This document shows positions 7,605 to 14,927 of a stretch of 20,812 nucleotides of DNA, in pieces. The DNA is taken from the NCBI GenBank assembly GCA_016840065.1, contig JAEOTB010000009.1, positions 1 through 20,812 of the forward strand, in the 5' to 3' direction. Every line of letters starts with the position of its first letter. Within the stretch, counting starts at the first letter, position 1. The translations under genes and the position numbers were made by a program. The notes under the pieces were generated by a model. It worked only from the letters and a program-made list of their open reading frames with translations, ran no database searches and was not told where the DNA came from. The DNA comes from Candidatus Hermodarchaeota archaeon (GTDB taxonomy: Archaea; Asgardarchaeota; Hermodarchaeia; Hermodarchaeales; Hermodarchaeaceae).

Positions 7605-8316
7605 GTTTTAGAAGGAGTTCCCCTGCTTTTCCTCTCAGATGTGCATCCACAGTACGGGTTAACGGTGTTTGTTCTATGTTTACCTCAAGAAGTTTTCCAC
7701 CCCGTTGTTTCACAATCAAGGGAAAGGTAGCTGCAGGCTGGACCAGAGCCGATGTGCCTATGACGATGATTGTGTCAGCGCGTTCAAGTTCTTCGCGGAC
7801 GTTCTGCATTACTACAGGGTTGAGGCGTTCACCGAACCAGACAACATCCGGACGTAGATTAGCTCCGCATGAGGGACACTCGGGGATTCCTTGAGCTGGG
7901 TCAGATAACCGCCCAAGATGAGTACAGGATGTGCATTTAACCGCCCAGAGATTGCCATGGACCTCAAGCACGTTTCCAGAACCTGCTCTCCGATGCAAGC
8001 CATCTACATTCTGCGATATCAGTGATTTCAAAATGCCTTTCTTCTCCCACTTCACGAGTGTATGATGAGCTGGGTTTGGTGTGCATTTTGCGATTAGGTC
8101 TTGCCGCCACGAATACCACTCCCACACTAGCTGGGGATTCCTAGCAAATGCAGAAGGAGTTGCTAGATCCATTACGTTGTGTTTACGCCATAACCCGTCC
8201 TTGCCCCTAAAGGTTGGCACGTTGGATTCTTTGGAGATACCGGCACCAGTCAGGGCTATGAGGTGTCGTGCCTCCGAAATGATAGATGCTGCAAAGGCTA
8301 AGTCATCACGACTCAT
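7582..8316 (-). CDS. cobB: NAD-dependent protein deacylase, class III sirtuin
   Basis: TGAGISKES..PTFRG, WEWYSWR (the YxxR acyl-pocket motif of class III), QNVDGLH, EVHG, CTSC/CPSC zinc site, RPDVVWFGE, IGTS and EVN. Confidence 0.95.
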   Translation of the reverse strand: MSRDDLAFAASIISEARHLIALTGAGISKESNVPTFRGKDGLWRKHNVMDLATPSAFARNPQLVWEWYSWRQDLIAKCTPNPAHHTLVKWEKKGILKSLISQNVDGLHRRAGSGNVLEVHGNLWAVKCTSCTHLGRLSDPAQGIPECPSCGANLRPDVVWFGERLNPVVMQNVREELERADTIIVIGTSALVQPAATFPLIVKQRGGKLLEVNIEQTPLTRTVDAHLRGKAGELLLKLDKLIGI

Positions 8317-8338
8317 AGAATAACCAGCTTAGAAATCA

Positions 8339-8391
8339 GATATAAGTCGTATCCAAACAAGCCTTGTTGCCCTTTACATCGGATTTTTATC
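8339..8391. promoter_or_regulatory. Putative divergent TATA-like boxes for cobB (-) and the VOC gene (+)
   Basis: CTTATATC on the minus strand (8339-8346) lies about 23-30 nt upstream of ATG 8316. TTTTTATC (8384-8391) lies about 24-31 nt upstream of ATG 8415. The spacing fits leaderless archaeal transcripts. Confidence 0.4.
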
Positions 8392-8414
8392 TGAAACATT
8401 ATTTGAATCACATC

Positions 8415-8783
8415 ATGCCTCGAATCATTCATTTTGAAATTGCCGTTGATGACCCCGAAAGAGCTGTGAAATTCTACCGAACTGCGCTTGAGTGGAAAAT
8501 CCAGAAGTGGGGAGGCCCGATAGAGTATTGGACAATAGAAACTGGCGCGCAAGACGAGCCGGGTATTGATGGTGGAATCCAGCGTCGAGCGGATTCACCG
8601 GCACCTACAGTCAATTATGTCAGTGTGACTTCTATTGATGAGTCTATGGAAAAAGTCACCAAGGCAGGTGGGAAAGTCACATCACCTAAAACGCCAATCC
8701 CTGGAGTTGGCTATGTCTGCTATTGCGAAGACACAGAGGGCAATGTCTTCGGTCTGATGCAAGGAGATTCCTCCGTTAAGTGA
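8415..8783 (+). CDS. VOC / glyoxalase-like family protein
   Basis: MPRIIHFEIAVDDPERAVKFY..ALEW, PGIDGGI, VNYVSVTSID, KAGGKV..PKTPIPGVG and EDTEGNVFGL. ATG 8415 matches the family N-terminus. Confidence 0.92.
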   Translation: MPRIIHFEIAVDDPERAVKFYRTALEWKIQKWGGPIEYWTIETGAQDEPGIDGGIQRRADSPAPTVNYVSVTSIDESMEKVTKAGGKVTSPKTPIPGVGYVCYCEDTEGNVFGLMQGDSSVK

Positions 8784-8854
8784 AATTAGCCCTTTATTTA
8801 GTTGCTTGTAAAGAGAAAGGCATGTGTAGGATGACTACTTTGTGAGGAGAGAAC

Positions 8855-10279
8855 ATGGCTAACGGTGAAGCAAAACAAGAATCAGTAGAGACGCCGAAAT
8901 CACAGAAAGATAGCACGGGCACTGAGCAGCCGTCTTTCTGGAGTCAGTTCAGGTCAGTGATGTCATCTCGCACCTATGCTGTGTTCCTTATCACGAACTG
9001 GCTTTTCGGTATTGGTTCACCTGTTGGTAGGTATGTATCCCTGTTCCTTAGAGACATGCTAGCTTACAACTATGTCCTCATCGGATTCCTTAGTGTGTAC
9101 TTCACAAGCCTTGGGATTGTAGCACAGCTAATCGGAGGGTACATAGGTGATAATTTTGACCGAAAGAAACTCGCTGTTCTGACAATGTTGATGAATGGGA
9201 TTGGATTTCTTGTTGTTGGCTCTAGCATTCTAGCCAACGGCGGTGCTGGGTTCACTGTTTTCGGGTTCAACTTCAGCCTAGTTCTAATCATAATTTTCAC
9301 AGGTTTTAGCATACTTTCCATCAGCAACATCGTAGGGAGCGGCTCAACAAGCTACATCTACGACCACATACCAAGAGAATATGCTGGAGTCGCTATCGGG
9401 ATTTTCCAGACCACAGCCGGCTTTGGCCTCCTTGGCTTAGGCATCATAACGTGGTGGCTATGGATTGGAATACCGTTTATCCAGACTGTTCAATTCGGCT
9501 TCCTTCTCGGTGCCACATTATTCATCATCGCAGCAATTATTCGAGTCATCTATCTTGCACCGGCAAAACCTATTCCCCGGGATAAGCGGTCAGCAAGCAA
9601 CCTAAGAGATTTCCTCTCCCAGAACAACCACGCCAGAAAAATGATTTTGGCTATTCTACCAGTTTTTCTTGGTGTCCTCATCCTCGACGCGATAAGCGAT
9701 GGCCTGTATAACTTCGTGAACATGTACTTCCTCAACGAGGCACTGGATTTTTCGGTTGGTGAAATTTCGTTGATGCTAGTCGTTGTACTAGCCCTTTCTA
9801 TCCCACTTTCGATAAGGGTGGGAGGTTTCTTCGATCAGCGTGGAAGTCGGCGCGCGATTTTCATCGTCTACTCGGTGATGCCAATCTGTATCGCTCTGCT
9901 GCTAATCGCCCCTGTCTTCCCCTATTGGCTTCCCATGTTCATAATCGCACCATACATCTCCATCCCATTTCTAAACCCTCTCCTAAGCACAGCCTTCATA
10001 GCGATTACCCTGAAAAACATCAACGATATTCTCTGGGGTACCCTTATCCTAGTTTATCTTCGCCAAGCCATCCCCCGAGGTGACACCGCAAAGATGCTTA
10101 GCATCACATTCACTATCGTCGCCATCACCGGGCTTTTCACTCCAGTGCCTGCCGCCTTAGCATATACCTTCTTTGATGCGCCTCCAGTGTTGATGGTATC
10201 CTTAATTCTGAACTTCGTGATTCTTGCGGTTCTCATATTTGGCAATATTGAACCAAAAACAATCATGAAAGAGGAGTAA
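8855..10279 (+). CDS. MFS transporter (MFS_1-like), substrate unknown
   Basis: Motif A in both halves (GGYIGDNFDRKK; GGFFDQRGSRR), about 12 TM segments, and a GAGGAG RBS upstream. Confidence 0.88.
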   Translation: MANGEAKQESVETPKSQKDSTGTEQPSFWSQFRSVMSSRTYAVFLITNWLFGIGSPVGRYVSLFLRDMLAYNYVLIGFLSVYFTSLGIVAQLIGGYIGDNFDRKKLAVLTMLMNGIGFLVVGSSILANGGAGFTVFGFNFSLVLIIIFTGFSILSISNIVGSGSTSYIYDHIPREYAGVAIGIFQTTAGFGLLGLGIITWWLWIGIPFIQTVQFGFLLGATLFIIAAIIRVIYLAPAKPIPRDKRSASNLRDFLSQNNHARKMILAILPVFLGVLILDAISDGLYNFVNMYFLNEALDFSVGEISLMLVVVLALSIPLSIRVGGFFDQRGSRRAIFIVYSVMPICIALLLIAPVFPYWLPMFIIAPYISIPFLNPLLSTAFIAITLKNINDILWGTLILVYLRQAIPRGDTAKMLSITFTIVAITGLFTPVPAALAYTFFDAPPVLMVSLILNFVILAVLIFGNIEPKTIMKEE

Positions 10280-10296
10280 CAGACCTACAACCTGAG

Positions 10297-10335
10297 GAGC
10301 AGCTGTTTTTACACTGCTCAAATAACCTTTTTAGG
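10297..10335 (+). promoter_or_regulatory. Small hairpin followed by a BRE/TATA-like element upstream of the 10386 gene
   Basis: GAGCAG-c-TGT-tttt-ACA-CTGCTC (10297-10319), followed by AATAACCTTTTTAGG (10321-10335). Confidence 0.4.
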
Positions 10336-10385
10336 ATAATGAGGAGATAATAGCCCCATTAACAGCTGACGAGGTTGAAGATTAT

Positions 10386-11963
10386 ATGCCAAGCTTGGAT
10401 GATATGCCAAAAATAGACTTGTACCTAGACACCCGGGAAAACAAACTACACCTCCCAGGAACAAGACGGGTCTGCGGCAGAGTACCGGAAGAACACCGCA
10501 AAGTCTTCACAGGATTCTACGAACCTTTCTTCGAAGAAAAAGGAGTCTCCTACTGCGACGGATGCCTTGACGACAGCTTGGTGCTTTATCTTGCCATGCT
10601 GGAAAAGGATGTCCGTTATTTCCTCACAGAAGGCAAGATGAGAAAACCTTGGTTGCCTATGGGACGTTTCGTCGGGAACGAACGCACGAAAGAAACGCAT
10701 ATGCCGGATTGCAGTTATATTCGCAGGATTAAGGAGTCGAACAAGCTCTTTTACAGGTCCCTCACTGACGCTAAGTTGAACGGTCATGATTGGTGCGGGC
10801 ATTGTATGCCAGAGCATTTCTGGAAGTACATCCTTGAACTTGAATCTATTCTGATGAGAGGGTTCCCAGAGTACTTCAGGTCTAAGATCTATGAGGACTG
10901 GAAAGGTATTGGGATGCCTTGTCACTCTTTTCTGAGTTACGTAGAGGGTTATGGCAAGGAGGAGGCCTTGGAGTTTCTGAAACAGGACCAGTGCAAGTAC
11001 ATCTTTATGATATTCGGCGGTCAGCAAGGACCTACTAATGACACTGGAGACGAGGCGGACAAGATTCTCTACCAGGATTTGACTGGATCAGAGCGTACTC
11101 CTGAAGGGACTGGTTGGGCTGGACAATACAGGATTCGGTCAGTGACCAAGACGCCCACCATCGCGTCTATCCTGCACTTCATGTACAGCGACATGGGCCT
11201 GATCATAGACTTCCTGAATTGCAAGTATGACTTTGAAATGGAGGAGTATGAGCAGCAGAAGTCGCTGGACAAGATGGAGGAGTTCTTTTTCTACAAGTTC
11301 TTCAGTGAGGACGTTGATTTGTCTGATAAGAAGTTCTTCATAATCGGTTCAGGGCGAGGCGGGGTGTATGCGCTAAAGTTTGTTGAGATTATGGCTAGAC
11401 GTGACCTAAAGGAGAACATCAGCGCAGTTGTCACAATTGATCCCAAGATTAACCCGCTGAAACATCCGGAGGACCGGCTAATCGATTATTTCGCCGTTCA
11501 AAAAGAAGGTGGAGGTCCCGATGAGTGGGAAACAATCGAAAAAGACGATTCAGTTGGACCCTTCGTTCCAGATGAGCGTGGTGTGATTAGCATCGAGCAC
11601 GGCGGTGATTCGCCCGGACACACAGCTGCTCCACTGACTCCCACACGGTTCTTCGAAGTGCTGCACAGTGTTGAAGGAATTCCGTACTTCAATGTGTTCC
11701 AGCGAAAGGACTTGGTGAATATTTTCGGTGGAAGCGCACTCATTCATCCTGTAGGCTCAGCCATTAAACGAGCGACATCGCCGCTAGCCAGTGAGTGGCC
11801 GGGGGCAAAAGAGGAGCAATATCTGAGACCGGGTACAGCACCCTACAGCCAGATGGACATTGTGGCTGATAAGCATACACCTGGTATGCTAGAGAAGTAC
11901 GCAGATTGGGTCATATACCTGGCGAGAAGGAGGCTTCCCTTCGTCGAGGCTCCCAGCGAGTAG
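10386..11963 (+). CDS. Hypothetical protein: two Ada-like Zn-binding repeats fused to an alpha/beta-hydrolase-fold domain
   Basis: Repeat 1 is YLDTRENKLH..C...SYCDGC and repeat 2 is FVGNERTKETHMPDC...GHDWCGHCMP. The C-terminal part has YIFMIFGG, FFIIGSGRGGVYAL and ISAVVTIDP. A GAGGT RBS lies upstream. Confidence 0.7.
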   Translation: MPSLDDMPKIDLYLDTRENKLHLPGTRRVCGRVPEEHRKVFTGFYEPFFEEKGVSYCDGCLDDSLVLYLAMLEKDVRYFLTEGKMRKPWLPMGRFVGNERTKETHMPDCSYIRRIKESNKLFYRSLTDAKLNGHDWCGHCMPEHFWKYILELESILMRGFPEYFRSKIYEDWKGIGMPCHSFLSYVEGYGKEEALEFLKQDQCKYIFMIFGGQQGPTNDTGDEADKILYQDLTGSERTPEGTGWAGQYRIRSVTKTPTIASILHFMYSDMGLIIDFLNCKYDFEMEEYEQQKSLDKMEEFFFYKFFSEDVDLSDKKFFIIGSGRGGVYALKFVEIMARRDLKENISAVVTIDPKINPLKHPEDRLIDYFAVQKEGGGPDEWETIEKDDSVGPFVPDERGVISIEHGGDSPGHTAAPLTPTRFFEVLHSVEGIPYFNVFQRKDLVNIFGGSALIHPVGSAIKRATSPLASEWPGAKEEQYLRPGTAPYSQMDIVADKHTPGMLEKYADWVIYLARRRLPFVEAPSE

Positions 11964-11971
11964 TCTGATGT

Positions 11972-12691
11972 TTAGGTCCCAGCAAGGTTGCGTCGCCAGT
12001 CCTGTACGATACGACGTTCCCGCTTGAAATGACCTAGTTCACCTGCCCATTTGCCGCCGATGATGGCGCCGAAGGCTTCTGCGATGGCGAGAACTAGTGC
12101 CATTGCTAGTCCAATCCATTCACCACCCAAGATGTAGCCAAGGCTGCCAACCCAAGTGGCAGTTATCACTGTCCATATTCCTGCGAAGAAGAAGAACCAC
12201 TGCCTGTGCGGTGGATGTGCCTTCAGATAAGTTACATAGTTGATCTTGAGGGTGGGGAGGAAGTAAATGTCACGTGTGATGCCATCTAGACCGATTTTTG
12301 TGTATTTGCTGGCGATAAGTCGTCCGAAGGGGTAGAATGAGAAGATTGCCCCTCCTACTGTTCCTCCTCTTATGCTCATGACTATCACAAAATCGTTAAA
12401 GAAATCGCCATTATAGGGCGGACCAAGAGTGACCGCCCAGAGATGCGCGCCCACACATAACACACCCAAAAGGAACCATATGGTCAGCCAGCTTATAGGC
12501 TTTGGACTCCCAAGGCGGCGCTCGTAGAAGATATCTCGTATTTCAGCGGCTTTTCTGATGGCTTCTTCACTCGGTGATGGCATACGCTTGATTTTACCGA
12601 CTATTCCCCAGAATTTTCGTCGCGTCTTAGAGTCAACACCCTCAGGATGAGCTTTGACTTGCTCATATAATTCAGTGAGCTCCTTTAGCAC
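11972..12691 (-). CDS. Uncharacterised integral membrane protein (about 4 TM), distantly M50-peptidase-like in layout
   Basis: GTG start preceded by a GGTGA RBS. A helical soluble N-terminus (KFWGIVGKIKR) is followed by hydrophobic segments and LKINYVTYLKAHPPHRQW..AG. Confidence 0.75.
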   Translation of the reverse strand: MLKELTELYEQVKAHPEGVDSKTRRKFWGIVGKIKRMPSPSEEAIRKAAEIRDIFYERRLGSPKPISWLTIWFLLGVLCVGAHLWAVTLGPPYNGDFFNDFVIVMSIRGGTVGGAIFSFYPFGRLIASKYTKIGLDGITRDIYFLPTLKINYVTYLKAHPPHRQWFFFFAGIWTVITATWVGSLGYILGGEWIGLAMALVLAIAEAFGAIIGGKWAGELGHFKRERRIVQDWRRNLAGT

Positions 12692-12754
12692 CTTATTTCA
12701 CCATTTTTGCAGCACTCTACCCTCAGCTTCGTTTCGAGTCGGTCTAGAGGTGCT

Positions 12755-14362
12755 TCATCTTAAGCGACGGTAGATGAATAGTGTTATCATAATAGCGATA
12801 ATTAGGCCTGTACTAGCTAGAAGTATCAAGGGGGCTAACCAAGGGTTGATTGGTGGAAAAACGAGAAAGGTGACGGTAATGTTTTGGATGTTGCTCCATG
12901 GACCGAAAAGTCCAGCGCTGTTGTAGGCGCGAACACGGAAATAATATGTCCCTTCAGAGTCTAAGGTCGCTGTGTAGTTGGGCTGTGATGTTGTCCAAGG
13001 AGCATCAGGCCAAAAGAAAAGAGGGGAGTTATCCATTTGTAATTCATAACCAGAAACGGAAACACCTTGATTGAAAGGTTGTGTCCAAGACAATGGAATT
13101 TTACCGTCGTTGCTGACATTCCCAGGGTTGTAGAGACTTATTGGTCCAGGAGGTCCTGCCCCATCAAAATCATATTTCACTAGGAAACCATCATTGCCTC
13201 CTACTAACCATCCGTCGGTTTCTCCAGAGACATAGAGACCATCGACAGCATCAGCGATATTTTGTGTTATGCAGTGTCCATCTCCACCCCAGCTGGTATT
13301 CCATAAAAGAGCTCCATCAGTGTCAAGGCTAAAGAGGGTTACAATTGTTGGTTGAGAAGACCAAGAGGATCTGCCCGCGATATAGACTTCATCAACCGTT
13401 GCTCTGAGGGAATAGCCAGCATCTTGGGATTCGGTATTATAGTTGTACGTCCAGTTCCATTGCTGAAAACCTGTCGAATTATACTTCAGGAGAATGAGAT
13501 CGCTACTGCTGGATGTTTGGCTGGACGTGGGGCCTGTGACATACACACTTTCATTAGCCACAGCATTATCTACTGCTACTCCAAATCCCTCGTCGAAATA
13601 TGTTCCTCCCCAAGTTGTGTTCCAAGCCTGTACACCCGAAGTGGAAAACCTAGCAAGGAAACCGTTGCTGGGTCCTCCACAGTAGCAAGACTCTCTTCCA
13701 GTAAAGTAAACACTATCCGATGTCACGGCAACTGAGGCGCCGTATTCATCTCCACTTAGTCCCCAAGTTTCTGTCCAGAGGACTTTCCCATCAAAATCGT
13801 ACTTCACAATGACAGCGTCAGAACCACCAGCGCCAAAAGACCCTGTGCTGCCTGCCACATAGATTCCGTCAGAGCCAAGTGCGATATCTAGGAATTCGTC
13901 GTTTGCACCACCACCCCAGGTTACGTTCCATACTTCAACACCTGCTTGGTTTAGTTTTACAAGGAGCCCATCCAAGCCTGCACTTCCTGTAACAGTTCTT
14001 CCAGCTAAGTAGACATCGCTTGTGGTTACTGCTATATCAGAAGCTTCTTCAGCGAGAGGGGTCCCCCAAGACGTATTCCACATCTGAAGACCTTCGGTTG
14101 AGTACCTAACAAGGAGAATATCACTTGCCCCAGCGCCAAAACTGTTTGTAATACCTGCCGCATATACAGCGCCAACTGATGCGCTTGCACCTCGGAAACT
14201 ATCTTGCAGTTTGCCCATCCACAATTCTCCCCATGGATCACCAAATCCTCTAAATTCACTGCGGACTGCAAGATTACTGCCTTCATTGATTGGCATAAGG
14301 GCTGCTGAAGAATTGATACCTAGAACAATGAAGAGTATTACGAGGAAAGCTGTAAAACGCAT
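12755..14362 (-). CDS. Secreted, C-terminally anchored surface protein: 7-bladed beta-propeller + fibronectin type III domain
   Basis: Signal peptide (MRFTAFLVILFIVLGINSSAA). Seven ~50-aa repeats of W-N-x-T-W-G-G...Y-x-x-G...D-x-x-L-V-K-Y. FN3 motifs (LSWT, GYELQ, GTYYFRVRAYNSAG..GPWS). TM helix plus YRRLR tail, and many N-x-S/T sequons. Confidence 0.85.
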   Translation of the reverse strand: MRFTAFLVILFIVLGINSSAALMPINEGSNLAVRSEFRGFGDPWGELWMGKLQDSFRGASASVGAVYAAGITNSFGAGASDILLVRYSTEGLQMWNTSWGTPLAEEASDIAVTTSDVYLAGRTVTGSAGLDGLLVKLNQAGVEVWNVTWGGGANDEFLDIALGSDGIYVAGSTGSFGAGGSDAVIVKYDFDGKVLWTETWGLSGDEYGASVAVTSDSVYFTGRESCYCGGPSNGFLARFSTSGVQAWNTTWGGTYFDEGFGVAVDNAVANESVYVTGPTSSQTSSSSDLILLKYNSTGFQQWNWTYNYNTESQDAGYSLRATVDEVYIAGRSSWSSQPTIVTLFSLDTDGALLWNTSWGGDGHCITQNIADAVDGLYVSGETDGWLVGGNDGFLVKYDFDGAGPPGPISLYNPGNVSNDGKIPLSWTQPFNQGVSVSGYELQMDNSPLFFWPDAPWTTSQPNYTATLDSEGTYYFRVRAYNSAGLFGPWSNIQNITVTFLVFPPINPWLAPLILLASTGLIIAIMITLFIYRRLR

Positions 14363-14410
14363 TCTAGTTAGCACGCAGAGACACCGCACAATACCAAACA
14401 AGCTTCATAC

Positions 14411-14430
14411 TATATTTTAAGGCTTATTTT
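14411..14430 (-). promoter_or_regulatory. Putative BRE-TATA promoter of the beta-propeller gene
   Basis: The minus strand reads AAAATAAGCCTTAAAATATA about 50-70 nt upstream of ATG 14362. Confidence 0.4.
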
Positions 14431-14450
14431 AGCGGTATTAGATGATTGTC

Positions 14451-14894
14451 TTAACTTGATTTAAGGGCTTGCGTAATACTATCCGCCTGTTTTTCCAGTT
14501 CATCACGAGGGGGCATCTTCCCGTAATCTGGTCCAGCCCTGATACGAAGGCCATCTCCAGAGAAACGAGGAATAATGTGAAGATGAACATGAAAAACATC
14601 CTGCCCTGCTACTTTACCATCAGCCAACCACAGATTCACGCCTTCGCAACGAAGCCCTGAACGTCTAAGCGCTGACGCAATTTTCATCCCAACCTTGAAT
14701 ATTTCGCCACCGATCCCTGGGTCTAACTTGGCTAGATTTGGGGCATGTTGTTTCGGTATCACAAGAGTGTGTCCTGGGGTTATCGGTCTGATATCCAGAA
14801 ATGCTAAGACTTGATTGTCTTCAAATACCCTGGAGGAGGGTAGTTCTCCAGCTACAATCTTACAAAAAATGCAATCTTGCTCTTCCTGTTTCAT
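14451..14894 (-). CDS. hit: HIT-family (HINT-like) nucleotide hydrolase
   Basis: DCIFCKIVAGE, AFLDIRP..PGHTLVIPK and AGQDVFHVHLHIIPR (histidine triad). A GGAGG RBS lies upstream. Confidence 0.95.
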   Translation of the reverse strand: MKQEEQDCIFCKIVAGELPSSRVFEDNQVLAFLDIRPITPGHTLVIPKQHAPNLAKLDPGIGGEIFKVGMKIASALRRSGLRCEGVNLWLADGKVAGQDVFHVHLHIIPRFSGDGLRIRAGPDYGKMPPRDELEKQADSITQALKSS

Positions 14895-14927
14895 ATTCGT
14901 GATTTGCCTCCTGGAACTGAACCGATT

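Noticed and set aside
7582-8316. Sirtuin as an anti-phage NADase (Thoeris/DSR/pAgo-associated)
   Set aside because: It is a stand-alone canonical class III CobB with a Zn site and YxxR motif, and has no defence partners.
10446-11027. 193-aa antisense ORF, and similar shadow ORFs such as 4587-5093, 13352-13735 and 17607-17969
   Set aside because: They lie wholly or largely opposite well-supported genes and have no recognisable motifs.
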